DNA from: Candidatus Sericytochromatia bacterium
GTDB taxonomy: Bacteria > Cyanobacteriota > Sericytochromatia > UBA7694
Direction: 5' to 3'
DNA: 64,000 nt
Assembly (NCBI GenBank): GCA_018780035.1
Contig: JADMKE010000029.1
Span: 65,388 to 129,387 of the forward strand
Made by a program: the position numbers and the translations under genes. Positions 28,534 to 39,141 of this stretch are shown piece after piece. Below the pieces are notes generated by a model. That model was not told the origin of the DNA. It did not search any database and saw only the letters and a list, made by a program, of their open reading frames with translations. Position 1 is the stretch's first letter. Each line of letters starts with the position of its first letter.

Positions 28534-29384
28534 AAATTTACTCCTTTCTCATGCAGGTGTGTTTGTACCTGCTCCACGGTGTCAGCGAGTTTTGCGTAAT
28601 CTGCTTCGAGTTCAGATACAGGAATTCCAATCGATTCAAGGGCGTTGATTTCGTCGGCCAACTCATCGCAATGACTGAGGGTTTGGACCAGCTCTTGCCC
28701 CGCCAAGGGCGCATTGGACTCTGTGAGTCGATCTAAACTGGCGGCTGTGTCCCGCTCTTCGCTCAGACGCGTGTGTACCTCTTGCAATTCGCAAGACAGC
28801 TGCAGGGCTTTTTCAAAGAGCTCCAGCCGCTTGGCAATGGGAGGCAGTTTCTCTCGCTCTTCGGGCAAAGCGAGATCTGAGAGTTCATCATATTGGCGGC
28901 GCAAAGCGATGGCCTGTGCCTCAAGTTGTCGAAGACCTTCCTCTTCGGCACAGGGTTCGGGTGGCGGGGATTGAGAAATTTCTCGGATGGTCTTTTCCAA
29001 CAAGGCCTCAAAGCGCTGTTCAAAATGCGGATTTACCTGCCGGGGGGTGCTGTCTGTATGAATCAACTGACTCAAGCTGGCAGCACTGGGATTGCCCGGA
29101 TCGATGCGCAGGGCTTCGGCGAGATAGTGCAACGCTGCGCTGCGGTTATCAAGCAGCAGCATCAAATACGCCAAGGCAATGTAAGGATCGGGCAGATGGT
29201 GTTGGTGGCGAATGGCGTCGAGTAAGAGCTGACATGTTTCCCGCAATTGGCTGGGATCGTTAAACCCCGCTGCTTGGGCCTGAGCAAAGCGATTCATGCC
29301 CTCTTCATACGCTTGGGTGGCGATAGCATGGCGCTGATCCGACAGACTGCCTTTTAAATCTTCAAGTTCTTCTAATTTGTTCAT
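28530..29384 (-). CDS. TPR and coiled-coil protein coupled to the calpain gene
   Basis: PDPYIALAYL...ALRIDPGN TPR unit, GGAGGTG RBS before 29384, ATGA overlap with the calpain gene. Confidence 0.75.
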   Translation of the reverse strand: MNKLEELEDLKGSLSDQRHAIATQAYEEGMNRFAQAQAAGFNDPSQLRETCQLLLDAIRHQHHLPDPYIALAYLMLLLDNRSAALHYLAEALRIDPGNPSAASLSQLIHTDSTPRQVNPHFEQRFEALLEKTIREISQSPPPEPCAEEEGLRQLEAQAIALRRQYDELSDLALPEEREKLPPIAKRLELFEKALQLSCELQEVHTRLSEERDTAASLDRLTESNAPLAGQELVQTLSHCDELADEINALESIGIPVSELEADYAKLADTVEQVQTHLHEKGVNL

Positions 29385-29728
29385 GAGATTCACCTCCGGG
29401 TCTGACTCTACTCTTATTTTAACAGGCAGATCTTGGGCCCCTAATAGGGCTCTGTTCCTGTGTTTATCAAGGGTTTCGGGGGATGTCTGTGGCGGGAGTG
29501 CGACAATGATACATATCAAAGAAATAGCTGACCAAAGCCAACAAAATTCAACTCAATTTTAAAACACATGAATTGCGGAATGGCTGTCTAACTGAAAGGC
29601 TACTTTCATCGATAATTTCGATACTAACTATCGATCATTATCTATTGTTCAGATAGAAATTTGCTCATAAACTGAAAATAATCAAACAGCGCCCAAACAA
29701 TCTGGCGCAAACAAACAGGAGCAACACC

Positions 29729-30361
29729 ATGCCTTTAATTGCCAACGAACTGGATACCTACTGCGAACGCCACAGCCACAGTCCTTCACCCCTTTTAGAT
29801 GAACTCTTTCAGGCCACCCATGCACGCACCGAATGGGCGATTATGCTGGTGGGTCCTTTGGAGGCCAGTGTTTTGCGCATGCTGATTCAAACCAGCGGCG
29901 CCAAACGGGTGCTGGAATTGGGTTGCTTTACAGGTTATAGCGCTTTGGCCATGGCTGAGGCTTTGCCCGCTGATGGCCATTTGATCACCTTGGATACCGA
30001 CCCCGATACCACCGCCATTGCCCAAGAGTTTTGGGCCCGTTCACCCCATGGTTCAAAAATTGAATTGAAGCTCGGTGCCGCTTTGGATACCCTGCCCCAA
30101 CTCGAAGGCCAATTTGACCTGATCTTTATTGATGCCGACAAACACAATTACCCCCATTATTGGGAAGCCTGTGTGCCCATGCTCAACCCCGGTGGTCTGA
30201 TTGTGGTTGACAATGTCTTCTTGGGGGGCCGCGCCTTAAACCCTGAATCTGAAACCGCTGCAGCTGTGGATGGCATGAACAAACGGGCAGCCCAAGACCC
30301 ACGGGTGGAGTGCACCATGCTCAGTATCCGCGATGGCATGTTGGTGGGTCGGCGGAGATAG
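29729..30361 (+). CDS. O-methyltransferase (CCoAOMT-like)
   Basis: VLELGCFTGYSAL, FIDADK and VVDN motifs. Confidence 0.93.
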   Translation: MPLIANELDTYCERHSHSPSPLLDELFQATHARTEWAIMLVGPLEASVLRMLIQTSGAKRVLELGCFTGYSALAMAEALPADGHLITLDTDPDTTAIAQEFWARSPHGSKIELKLGAALDTLPQLEGQFDLIFIDADKHNYPHYWEACVPMLNPGGLIVVDNVFLGGRALNPESETAAAVDGMNKRAAQDPRVECTMLSIRDGMLVGRRR

Positions 30362-30428
30362 TCACACGGGCTCCTACCACACAGGTCCCAGGCATCGCCA
30401 CCTGGGGCCTGTTGGGTTATAATCAAAA

Positions 30429-30986
30429 ATGTCTAAAACCAATCCCCACGGCCATGCCTTGGTTTTAAATGGTGCTTCTAGCTCCGGAAAGACCACGCTT
30501 GCCCAGGCATTTTTAAAAGCAGCGCCCGATTATCACTATTTGGCCGTTGATACCCATTTGCAGCTTCTGATGGAAGCATACCAACAAAAATATGTCCCTA
30601 TTTTGGCTCAATCTTCTGAAAACAAACATCCCTTGAGTGGCTATCTCTTGCATGGATTTGTGCTCACTTTTCATGACCTGATCCGCACCTATTTGCAGGC
30701 GGGGCAAAACGTGATTGTCGATCATGTGCTGCAAGAGCCCGAGTGGAGAGACGATCTCCTGCAAAAGTTGGTTGCCTATCCAGTGCGTTTTGTGGGGGTC
30801 TTTTGTGGCCTCGAAACCTTGGAAAAACGCGAAAAATTAAGGCGAGACCGGGAAATCGGTTTGGCAAAAATCCAATTCAATCGGGTACACCAGGGCATGA
30901 ATTATGCGCTGCAGATTGAAACCGATAAAATGAGCCCAGAAGTCTGTCTCAAGCAAGTGCTGAGCTTGGCACGGGCCCAAGCTTAA
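30429..30986 (+). CDS. Chloramphenicol phosphotransferase (CPT)-like P-loop kinase
   Basis: LNGASSSGKTT, VIVDHV and REKLRRDR.IGLA motifs. Confidence 0.85.
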   Translation: MSKTNPHGHALVLNGASSSGKTTLAQAFLKAAPDYHYLAVDTHLQLLMEAYQQKYVPILAQSSENKHPLSGYLLHGFVLTFHDLIRTYLQAGQNVIVDHVLQEPEWRDDLLQKLVAYPVRFVGVFCGLETLEKREKLRRDREIGLAKIQFNRVHQGMNYALQIETDKMSPEVCLKQVLSLARAQA

Positions 30987-31007
30987 AATAGCCGGAGCCG
31001 GTTCAAT

Positions 31008-31493
31008 TTAAGCGGCATCATGGCAAATGAGACAGCCATTGGCGTGTTGAAAGACCTGGTGCTGGGGGCATTTTTCAAAGCGCTCGGGGGCTTGAAACCA
31101 ATCCCAGTCTTTGTCTGAGTCAATCATCTCGCGCTCATAACTCTCCAAGACACTGCGAAATTCCCGCAAAAAATCGGGCCCCGCAGGGGGATCATAGTCC
31201 AGCAGCTCCCAGCGATGCCGCATCAATGCGAGATCTACCGTTCGGATTAAAAAGTCCTTTTGCCTGTCAAAGTCTGCCCGCTGCCAAGCCAGCTGATCGA
31301 GATCAAAACTGACGACACCCAAGCCAAAGATGCTCTGGTCCTGCTCGCTCAGCCAGGTGATACAGGCCTGCTCCCAAGGCGTTTCAGCCAAATCTGAGCC
31401 CGCCAAGAGCAAAAGACTGAGCAAAACAGCGGTGGCCCCGTTGCTCAATCCCATCTCGATCTGGGCTTTCTTATTGGAGATCCAATTGCTCAT
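31008..31493 (-). CDS. Hypothetical protein with C-terminal Cys/His cluster
   Basis: GAGG RBS and CPQH...GCLICHD. Confidence 0.65.
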   Translation of the reverse strand: MSNWISNKKAQIEMGLSNGATAVLLSLLLLAGSDLAETPWEQACITWLSEQDQSIFGLGVVSFDLDQLAWQRADFDRQKDFLIRTVDLALMRHRWELLDYDPPAGPDFLREFRSVLESYEREMIDSDKDWDWFQAPERFEKCPQHQVFQHANGCLICHDAA

Positions 31494-31664
31494 CGCTGGC
31501 CTCTCTTTTACACAGACAGGAATGATTCTCCCATTTTAACAAATGGAGGGAGGCTATTTTGTTGCGGGGTTTTTTCTGGTAAGTTGGTACAGAGTCAAAT
31601 TTGTAAGACTGCCCTCACATGTTAATTTGTCAAACAACAGAACAGTCAGATAAAAAAGTTTATC

Positions 31665-34600
31665 ATGCTCAGAAAAATGGTTTTTGCTTTATCTTTTGGG
31701 TTGATTTGTGGGCTTTTGCCTATTCAGGCTCAGGCTCATCTCGGTACTGCTCGATTGAGTCAAATCCGTTCACAGGATTGGGGCAAAATAATTGCACAGG
31801 AAGCAGATATAGAAAAAAGGATCCGCCTTTTTTATGAGCAGATTCAAAGCTTACAACTTCAAGACAACAGTGTCTCTGCCAAATCTTTGGGCCCTCTGCT
31901 CAAAGATTCGTTTCAAGATATTCGCTATTTGTCTTATAAATTGTTGAATCCATATGACCCAGACAGTTTACCCATCATAATGGCTTCGTTGGATGACCCT
32001 GATTTAGGCATACAAATTCAGGCCATTCAGAAACTCATCACTGTCAAACGGAATGACAGCGCCCCCTATCTTTTCCGCTTCTTAGAAAAAGGAGCCCCCG
32101 AAGCAGAAGTACTGGTCATTGAGGCTTTGGGCCGCTATAAGCATCCCGAAGGATTGGCAAAGTTGGTGCCAATCATGTTGCGTTTTGCTAAAGAGGATCT
32201 CACCCCAAGGTTACTTACAGGAGAGAGAAATCCAGATCGCAGCGAAAGAATGTGGGCTTATTTTGGGGCTTTGCGGGGATACAATGCTGAAGAACTATTT
32301 CCTTTGTTAGAACCTGCTCTGACAGCTCCAGAATTGGGCGTCAAATTGATGGCCTTTAAAGTCTTGTATTATGTTCAGACACCCGAGGTAGAAGCTCCAT
32401 TATTGGCTTGGATGCGTTCAGCACCAACTGCTCACAGATTCATGATATTTAATCATGTCTTGCTCCGCCATCGCACAGGAGATGGATTTCCCTTCCCGAC
32501 TCGCAACGCAGAGATCTTATCTGAGCTTTTGAATTGGGCTTTTGATAAGCGTAATATCGAATTACAGAAAGAAATTTGGGACTATTTGACCCGTTCGGTC
32601 TTTACAAGAAGCTTGCCAGACTACAGGCTGATAGAGCCCTATTTCAAAAAACCGGAAACCTTCCGCCAAATTTTGAACAGCTTATCCAGTGACTTTGCCG
32701 CTGCAAATCCCCAACTGCTCCCGTATTTTTACCAAGGACTATCTTCAACAGATCCCCAAATTGTCTTGCTATGTCTCAAAAATCTGCTCAATGTGCCTTC
32801 CCCCGAACTCGATGCCTACCTGGTTAAGTTACTTGAAACAAGCCAAAATATGGGTATACTGACTTCCGCTCTTTGGGCATTGTCCGATTCTCAAGAACAT
32901 TTAAAACGCTTGCATCAATTTGGTCAACATGCCAATCCTCAACTGAGAGCGGCAGTCCTTGAGCGATTTGCACGCAAAAAAGCTGCTCAAACACCCCCAC
33001 AACGTGAATTCATGTTGAAGCGGTTTCGTGAAGATCTGGATCTGGATGTCAGGCTGCTTGCTTTTGAAGGATTGTGCAAACTTCAGGATGAAAAGCTAAT
33101 CAGTGACTTGGTATTGCAAATCGCAGAAAAAGATCCCACACATGCCCATAAATATTTGGCTTCGCTGAAATCATGTGCGGCCAAACGCCCTGAACTGATC
33201 TATCCCTTTCTCAAATTGGGAAAAGAAACTCAGCTCATGGCCGTGGATATTTTAAGTGACTGGCGTTCCCCAGAGGCCGCTCCGCATTTCGCACCATTAC
33301 TTCAGCAGGAGAATTTTGAACTGCAGAAGCGCATTCTGTATTTGATTCGACATTCAGCCCCACTTGCAGAAGGCGTCAAAGAGTTTGTGCAGCCTTTACT
33401 GACAACAACAGATCTACAGCTCCAATTCAATGCGCTGTCTGCCTGGAATGAGTTGCGTGGATTGAGTAGTTTAGAGCGCCGCTCGGCAGTACCAAAAACA
33501 CTCTTAAAGGCAAAAAATCCCGATATACGAGCCAAGGCCCTGTCTGTCCACACGCAAGACCATGGGATCGCCATTGATTTAGCTCTCTATACCCGCCATC
33601 TTTTGCAGGAGACCCAAGAACTGCCGAAGTTTGCCGAGCAATTGGAAGGTCTCTATTATGCGGAAAAACCGCAAGAATTGTATCCCTTGCTCAATCATGC
33701 TGCCGAACCCATTCGTGACAGTGCTGTGCGATGGTTGAGCAAATTTGCAGTCCATGACACCTTACCTGAACTGCAGCGTCAAATGAAGACTTTTTCCAAA
33801 GAGGGTCTTTCTGCTGCATTGGAGGTGATTGGCGCGGTTGGATTGCGAGAGCACAGTGCCATCGTCAAACCCTTTCTTCAGCATTCAGTGCCCGAAGTGC
33901 GCTTGAGTTCAATGCTCGCTCTGGGTCTGCTGCGCGATGCGGCTGTTATTCCTTTGGCTGAAAAAGCCATTCAAGCTCCATTTCCAGACTCACGGTTGGC
34001 TGGCATCCGAGCTTTACAAGCACTGAGAACCCCTGAAGCCGTTCCTGGCCTCATGAAGGCCCTCAAAGGTTATGATGAGGAAAGTAAAAGAGATGCCGTT
34101 TTAGCCCTGCGGGATATCAATGCCCGAGCAGCGCTTCCAGAAATGATGCGCTTGTTTAGTCAGCAGGCCTTGGAAGATATGCAAATAGGATGTTTTGGCT
34201 TTCCACATCGTGAGCGGGCGATACAAGCATTGGTCAATCTCACTGAGACCAAGACGGTTGAAGATTTTATGCGCTATATTCAACCCGATGATTTATTTTA
34301 TAAGATGTATGAGGCCCATGTCCCCCAGAGCACTTTTAATCAAGTGAAAGTTGCAGATATCTTGGCAGAATTGGCTTTGCCTCAGACACTTTTGCCTTTT
34401 TTAGCAGATAAACGTCCTCTGGTGCGTCTGGCAATGGCTGTAACTTTGGTCAATTACCCCGACCCACGCTGGATTCCCGCTCTCCAAACACAATTACAGC
34501 AAGAAACCCATTCACGGGTGAAATTCTATTTAAGAATGTCTCTGGCACAGTTGGGAGATCAAAGTGTGGCGAATGATTTACTGATGGATTTACAAAATCC

Positions 34601-35891
34601 TGAAAACAACCAAGAAAAATATAAATTGACACGAATCCTTTTGCAACTGAAAGATCCCCAGATAAGCAGTACTTTACAACGCCATGCATGGCAAAATCCT
34701 GAAGAGAGTGATGTTTGGTTTGCACTTGCTCGTGAGGCAGATTCTCAGACCCTGCAATGGCTCAAACAAATGGCTGAGTCAGATCAGAAGCCGTTGAGGA
34801 AAATCGCTGAATCCGCCTTGAAAGAGGCACAATCTTTGCCAGAGCAAAAGCAACCCAGTCAGTCCAATAACAATCCTCTATTTCAAATGGATACCCATTT
34901 TGAGCAACGGCTCGATCAGTATTTAAGAGAACTAACGCAATATCAAAAACACCCTGCAACCATGCTGCAATTGGTTCATCAATTGATAGAGACAGCCCAT
35001 GATGACATAATAGCAAAGGTCTTAAAGGGAGCTTTGAGGAGCGAGGATGTCAGATTAAAACCCATCTTTCTACCGCTATTGCTCGAAAGACATATCAGGT
35101 TTAGTCGCTCATCCAATAACCAGGTGCTGGCAATGAGGGCATTAAGGACCTTGAAGCTCTCTCCCGAAGACCCCTTGCTGCTCCAACTGATAAAAAACGC
35201 GTCTTTAAATGAAAGCCTGGAATTACAACTCTTTCAAGCCCAACTCTGGCATGATCAGCATCAGACACCCAAGGCGATTTCGCACCTTAAAACATTATTA
35301 GCTCACCCTCAACTTCAGAAATATCCAGCATACAAGACCAAAGCATTACATTTGCTCAGTGACATCTCTCCAGAATCTGAAAGACTCAGCTATCTAAATC
35401 CGATTCCGGCTCTGATTAAAAATTCTTTTACAAATCGGGATTATCAGTATTTTAATGATTTTCCTGAAATGCTGACATTGCTACGTTCCGGTGCTGCCCA
35501 CTTGGCCGTTCATGCGCCAAAGCAGGCGCAAAAGGATTACCAGCAAGCGCTGGGAGAGTTGTATACTCATTATTTCCAAGGAAATTTGCTTTTAACGCCA
35601 TTTGGCGCAGTCATTCATGCAGGTTTGGCGGATGCAGCTCTGCAGCAGGGCCAGCAAGATTCCGCCGAAGGGCATTTGAAATTGGCGTTGGAATTTTGGT
35701 CCCGGTATGATAGTACCCATTGGGGGGTCTATCGTTCAGAGCTTTTTACAAATAACCTCCCCATTCGCCATTCTCCGGAATGGGCTTATGAGGTGCTTAG
35801 CCACTTGCTTGAAAAAAATGGTGAGACACAACGCCTGAAATTTTTTCAAGACCGTTTTGGCAGTTTGGCAGCTCGATCTCAACTCCGATAA
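31665..35891 (+). CDS. Large HEAT-repeat protein with signal peptide
   Basis: 1408-aa ORF, AQA cleavage-like site, many HEAT units (e.g. PEVRLSSMLALGLL). Confidence 0.82.
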   Translation: MLRKMVFALSFGLICGLLPIQAQAHLGTARLSQIRSQDWGKIIAQEADIEKRIRLFYEQIQSLQLQDNSVSAKSLGPLLKDSFQDIRYLSYKLLNPYDPDSLPIIMASLDDPDLGIQIQAIQKLITVKRNDSAPYLFRFLEKGAPEAEVLVIEALGRYKHPEGLAKLVPIMLRFAKEDLTPRLLTGERNPDRSERMWAYFGALRGYNAEELFPLLEPALTAPELGVKLMAFKVLYYVQTPEVEAPLLAWMRSAPTAHRFMIFNHVLLRHRTGDGFPFPTRNAEILSELLNWAFDKRNIELQKEIWDYLTRSVFTRSLPDYRLIEPYFKKPETFRQILNSLSSDFAAANPQLLPYFYQGLSSTDPQIVLLCLKNLLNVPSPELDAYLVKLLETSQNMGILTSALWALSDSQEHLKRLHQFGQHANPQLRAAVLERFARKKAAQTPPQREFMLKRFREDLDLDVRLLAFEGLCKLQDEKLISDLVLQIAEKDPTHAHKYLASLKSCAAKRPELIYPFLKLGKETQLMAVDILSDWRSPEAAPHFAPLLQQENFELQKRILYLIRHSAPLAEGVKEFVQPLLTTTDLQLQFNALSAWNELRGLSSLERRSAVPKTLLKAKNPDIRAKALSVHTQDHGIAIDLALYTRHLLQETQELPKFAEQLEGLYYAEKPQELYPLLNHAAEPIRDSAVRWLSKFAVHDTLPELQRQMKTFSKEGLSAALEVIGAVGLREHSAIVKPFLQHSVPEVRLSSMLALGLLRDAAVIPLAEKAIQAPFPDSRLAGIRALQALRTPEAVPGLMKALKGYDEESKRDAVLALRDINARAALPEMMRLFSQQALEDMQIGCFGFPHRERAIQALVNLTETKTVEDFMRYIQPDDLFYKMYEAHVPQSTFNQVKVADILAELALPQTLLPFLADKRPLVRLAMAVTLVNYPDPRWIPALQTQLQQETHSRVKFYLRMSLAQLGDQSVANDLLMDLQNPENNQEKYKLTRILLQLKDPQISSTLQRHAWQNPEESDVWFALAREADSQTLQWLKQMAESDQKPLRKIAESALKEAQSLPEQKQPSQSNNNPLFQMDTHFEQRLDQYLRELTQYQKHPATMLQLVHQLIETAHDDIIAKVLKGALRSEDVRLKPIFLPLLLERHIRFSRSSNNQVLAMRALRTLKLSPEDPLLLQLIKNASLNESLELQLFQAQLWHDQHQTPKAISHLKTLLAHPQLQKYPAYKTKALHLLSDISPESERLSYLNPIPALIKNSFTNRDYQYFNDFPEMLTLLRSGAAHLAVHAPKQAQKDYQQALGELYTHYFQGNLLLTPFGAVIHAGLADAALQQGQQDSAEGHLKLALEFWSRYDSTHWGVYRSELFTNNLPIRHSPEWAYEVLSHLLEKNGETQRLKFFQDRFGSLAARSQLR

Positions 35892-35932
35892 CAATTTGCA
35901 AACAGATCTTAAAATAAAAGGAAAAATGATAC

Positions 35933-36259
35933 ATGGCCTCAGATCAAGCCTTTGTTGAATATGTCATCGGACAACTCAAAAGCCTCGAGAATATCACCCC
36001 CAAAAAGATGTTTGGGGAGTATGCGATCTATGCCGGTGAAAAAATTGTCGCGCTGATCTCAGACAACCAACTGTTCGTCAAACCCACCCCCGGCGGGCGG
36101 GCACTGATACAAGAACCCGTCGAGGCCAGTCCTTATCCTGGGGCCAAACCCTGTTTTCTGATTCAAGCCAATATCCAAGACGCGGACTGGCTCTGCCAAT
36201 TAATTCAGATCACAGCAGCAGAATTGCCCAGCCCTACCAAAAAGCAGCGCAAGCCATAG
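35933..36259 (+). CDS. TfoX N-terminal domain protein
   Basis: KKMFGEYAIY, DNQLFVKPT and PYPGAK motifs. Confidence 0.9.
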   Translation: MASDQAFVEYVIGQLKSLENITPKKMFGEYAIYAGEKIVALISDNQLFVKPTPGGRALIQEPVEASPYPGAKPCFLIQANIQDADWLCQLIQITAAELPSPTKKQRKP

Positions 36260-36286
36260 AAACGGCCAGCAGAAGTGTAAGCTAAA

Positions 36287-37018
36287 ATGCACTTAGACAA
36301 TCATTATTGCGATCCCCGCTTGGTCGCCCTCTACGATTTGGACTCGGGCTGGTCAGCGGATCGTGACTATTATTTGGCTTTGGCCCAAAGCAAATCCAAA
36401 CCCATGCAAATTTTAGACCTGGGCTGTGGCACGGGTTTACTCTGTCTTGCCTTTGCCGATTTGGGCCACCGAGTGACAGGGGTTGACCCCTCCGCAGAAA
36501 TGTTAAAAGTGGGGCAAACCAAAGACAGCCAAAACCGAATTACCTGGCTGCAATCCACGGCCCAAAACCTGAGCGTCGAACAGACCTTTGATTTGATCAT
36601 AATGACAGGGCATGCCTTTCAGGTCTTGCTCAGCGAAGCCGACTTGCTTGCGACTTTTGCCCATGTCAAAGCGGGTTTGGCCCCCAATGGCCAATTTGTG
36701 TTTGAATCGAGAAACCCGGATTTTGATTGGGCTGCTTGTTGGGATTATACCCTCGATTTGCGCTTGGCCGATCAGCCCTTACAAGAGACCCGGCGTTTGC
36801 TGACATTCCAGGATCAGCGCTTGTCCTTTGAATTGGTTTACCAGTTTGCCCATGAACGCCTGACCTCTCACAGTCAATTGCGCTTTTGGTCCCGAACAGA
36901 GATCGAAGCCCTGTTGCTCGCCTCCGGGCTGAAGACCGACAAATGCCTGGGCGACTGGAACGGGGAGCCATTTAGCCCCGCGCGCTCCCCAGAAATGATC
37001 TTCCATGTAGGCCATTGA
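36287..37018 (+). CDS. Class I SAM-dependent methyltransferase
   Basis: LDLGCGTG, GVDPS and MTGHAFQ motifs. Confidence 0.9.
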   Translation: MHLDNHYCDPRLVALYDLDSGWSADRDYYLALAQSKSKPMQILDLGCGTGLLCLAFADLGHRVTGVDPSAEMLKVGQTKDSQNRITWLQSTAQNLSVEQTFDLIIMTGHAFQVLLSEADLLATFAHVKAGLAPNGQFVFESRNPDFDWAACWDYTLDLRLADQPLQETRRLLTFQDQRLSFELVYQFAHERLTSHSQLRFWSRTEIEALLLASGLKTDKCLGDWNGEPFSPARSPEMIFHVGH

Positions 37019-37113
37019 CTCTGCTGAACAATGTATAAACACAGGCTCCTGAAATCTTGCTCAAGCCTGCCAATCCTGGCAGTGTGATACACTCTGAAAG
37101 AGTATTAAAAAAC

Positions 37114-38181
37114 ATGAAAACTTTCAAAGAAAAGCTAATTCCCTTTGCACTTGGCTCTGTACTGAGCGCCGCAGCCATGGGATTCTGGGGCTATTTAAAT
37201 ATTCATTCGCTGCAACGTGAAAACAGCCAATTACAAAAACAGGTCAAACAACAGGCCTGGCGCGAGGCAAACCTCAATAAAACCCAGGCCAGCCTCAAAG
37301 CAGAGTTGGAATGGCTCAAAGAAAAAAAAGCCAGCGAATACGATCAAACCATTGGGGCTTTGTTGCAGGCCAAAGACAATGCCCCTGTTGAGGCCCTGTA
37401 CGAATTGGGGGTCAAAGCCCTGCAAGAAAAGGACTATCCCCGCGCCTATTACGCCTTGGCTCAAGTCCAAGCCGTCAATCCCACATTCAAAGAACAGCAA
37501 AAATTCTATCCCCAAGCCAAAAAAGCCTATGAGAGTCACCAGCAGAAACAATTGGAAGACACCCTCAAAATGACCTATTCTCAGGCCTATGATCAACAGC
37601 TCAATGGCCAATTTGCCCAGGCCAAAACCAATTACCAACGCGTTTTGGCGCTAAAAGCAAATTACAAAGACGCCCAAAGACGATTGAATATGGTGAGCCA
37701 ATACCTTGCTGTGCGCGAACAAAACCGGGACTTTGAACAAAAAAAACAATGGTTGGAAGCCAGTTATAAACTGGGTATCAATGCCCAACTGCAGGGCCGC
37801 TTTGCCCAGGCCAAAGAGGCCTACACAGCGATTGTCACTTATGCACCCAGATACAAAGACGCTGCCCAGCGCCTGAAAGTGGTCCAGGCCCGTTTGCCCA
37901 AAACAGCTTCCCTTTCTGCCTCCCAGACTGTCAATTGTTATGAGATCGGGGTGGCCTTTGGCAAATGCGCCAAATTAGGCGCAGATGTAACAAATTGCGG
38001 CAAAACCGATGTCTCCAGAATTCCCCCCGCCTGTAAAGACAATCCCGACTTTGCCAAGGGTTTGAAGATGGCGCTGTCTTCTGGCCGGAGCGGTGGTGCA
38101 AATGGAGACAATGGGGGCGAGGGCGAGCCCTCTGCCTCAGATTTGTTAAAAGGTCTGCCTTCACTTTTGAGCAATTTATAA
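37114..38181 (+). CDS. Membrane-anchored coiled-coil/TPR protein
   Basis: N-terminal TM helix and repeated YKDAxxRL TPR-like units. Confidence 0.75.
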   Translation: MKTFKEKLIPFALGSVLSAAAMGFWGYLNIHSLQRENSQLQKQVKQQAWREANLNKTQASLKAELEWLKEKKASEYDQTIGALLQAKDNAPVEALYELGVKALQEKDYPRAYYALAQVQAVNPTFKEQQKFYPQAKKAYESHQQKQLEDTLKMTYSQAYDQQLNGQFAQAKTNYQRVLALKANYKDAQRRLNMVSQYLAVREQNRDFEQKKQWLEASYKLGINAQLQGRFAQAKEAYTAIVTYAPRYKDAAQRLKVVQARLPKTASLSASQTVNCYEIGVAFGKCAKLGADVTNCGKTDVSRIPPACKDNPDFAKGLKMALSSGRSGGANGDNGGEGEPSASDLLKGLPSLLSNL

Positions 38182-38192
38182 CGGACTCTAAC

Positions 38193-38714
38193 ATGGCCAT
38201 GACTGATCTCACTTTTGTGACCGACCAAGGCCGGTTTAACTACCGCGTGGCCGCAGTGATACTCCAGGGTGAGTCAGTGCTGGTGATGAGCGAGCCCGGT
38301 TTGCCTTATTATTACCTTCCGGGTGGCCGGGTGGGGCTGCATGAACCCAGTGAAGTGGCCCTGCGCAGAGAGCTCAAAGAAGAACTTCAAGCAGAGATTG
38401 CCTTTGCCCAATTGCTCTGGATCAACGAGCAGTTCTTTGTCGAAGACGTCTCACAGGAGAAATTCCACGAACTCTGTCTGTACTACCGTGTGGAATTACA
38501 CTCTGAAAGTTCACTTTTTGCCCAATCTGAATTTGAAATCTGCGAAAATGGCAAATGGCATAGCTTTAAATGGGTCGCGCCAGATGAGCTTGAAAAATCG
38601 AATGTCTATCCCAAATTCCTCGCCAAAGAGCTCAAACAGGTATTTGCGGCTAACCATCTAAGTCCCAAACATCTGGTGGAAGACGGGCTGAACGACTCAT
38701 TTCCAGAACGATGA
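38193..38714 (+). CDS. Nudix hydrolase
   Basis: PGGRVGLHEPSEVALRRELKEEL Nudix box. Confidence 0.92.
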   Translation: MAMTDLTFVTDQGRFNYRVAAVILQGESVLVMSEPGLPYYYLPGGRVGLHEPSEVALRRELKEELQAEIAFAQLLWINEQFFVEDVSQEKFHELCLYYRVELHSESSLFAQSEFEICENGKWHSFKWVAPDELEKSNVYPKFLAKELKQVFAANHLSPKHLVEDGLNDSFPER

Positions 38715-38734
38715 CAAGAAGGTGGAATTAAACC

Positions 38735-39133
38735 ATGATCCAGAATATTGTCTCTGTGGCCTTGCTCGTCGATGACTACGACGAAGCGATTGCCTTTTTT
38801 ACCCAAAAGCTGCACTTTAACTTGCTCGAAGACACCTATATCCCCGAACAGGACAAACGCTGGGTGGTGGTGGCTCCCCCCGGTTCCACGGGCACAAATA
38901 TCCTGCTGGCCCGCCCTTCTCAGCCCGAACAAGCCGCTTTTGTCGGCAATCAAACGGGGGGCCGGGTCAGTTTCTTTCTGCGCACGGATGATTTCTGGCG
39001 CGATTATGAGGCCATGCGGGCCAAGGGCATTCGCTTTGTGCGCGAACCCCAAGAGCAACCCTATGGCACCGTGGCGGTCTTTGAAGATCTTTACGGCAAT
39101 CTTTGGGATTTGCTCTCGCCTGTGCCAGAGTGA
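38735..39133 (+). CDS. VOC/glyoxalase family protein
   Basis: VDDYDEAIAFF and YGTVAVFEDLYGNLWDL motifs. Confidence 0.93.
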   Translation: MIQNIVSVALLVDDYDEAIAFFTQKLHFNLLEDTYIPEQDKRWVVVAPPGSTGTNILLARPSQPEQAAFVGNQTGGRVSFFLRTDDFWRDYEAMRAKGIRFVREPQEQPYGTVAVFEDLYGNLWDLLSPVPE

Positions 39134-39141
39134 AGAAAAAC

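Noticed and set aside
29608-29645. ATCGAT-rich dyad resembling a LysR operator upstream of the O-methyltransferase
   Set aside because: No LysR gene is nearby and the motif is too short to support.
31008-31035. CLICH as a c-type heme site
   Set aside because: There is no clear export signal, and the preceding CPQH suggests a Zn-binding cluster instead.
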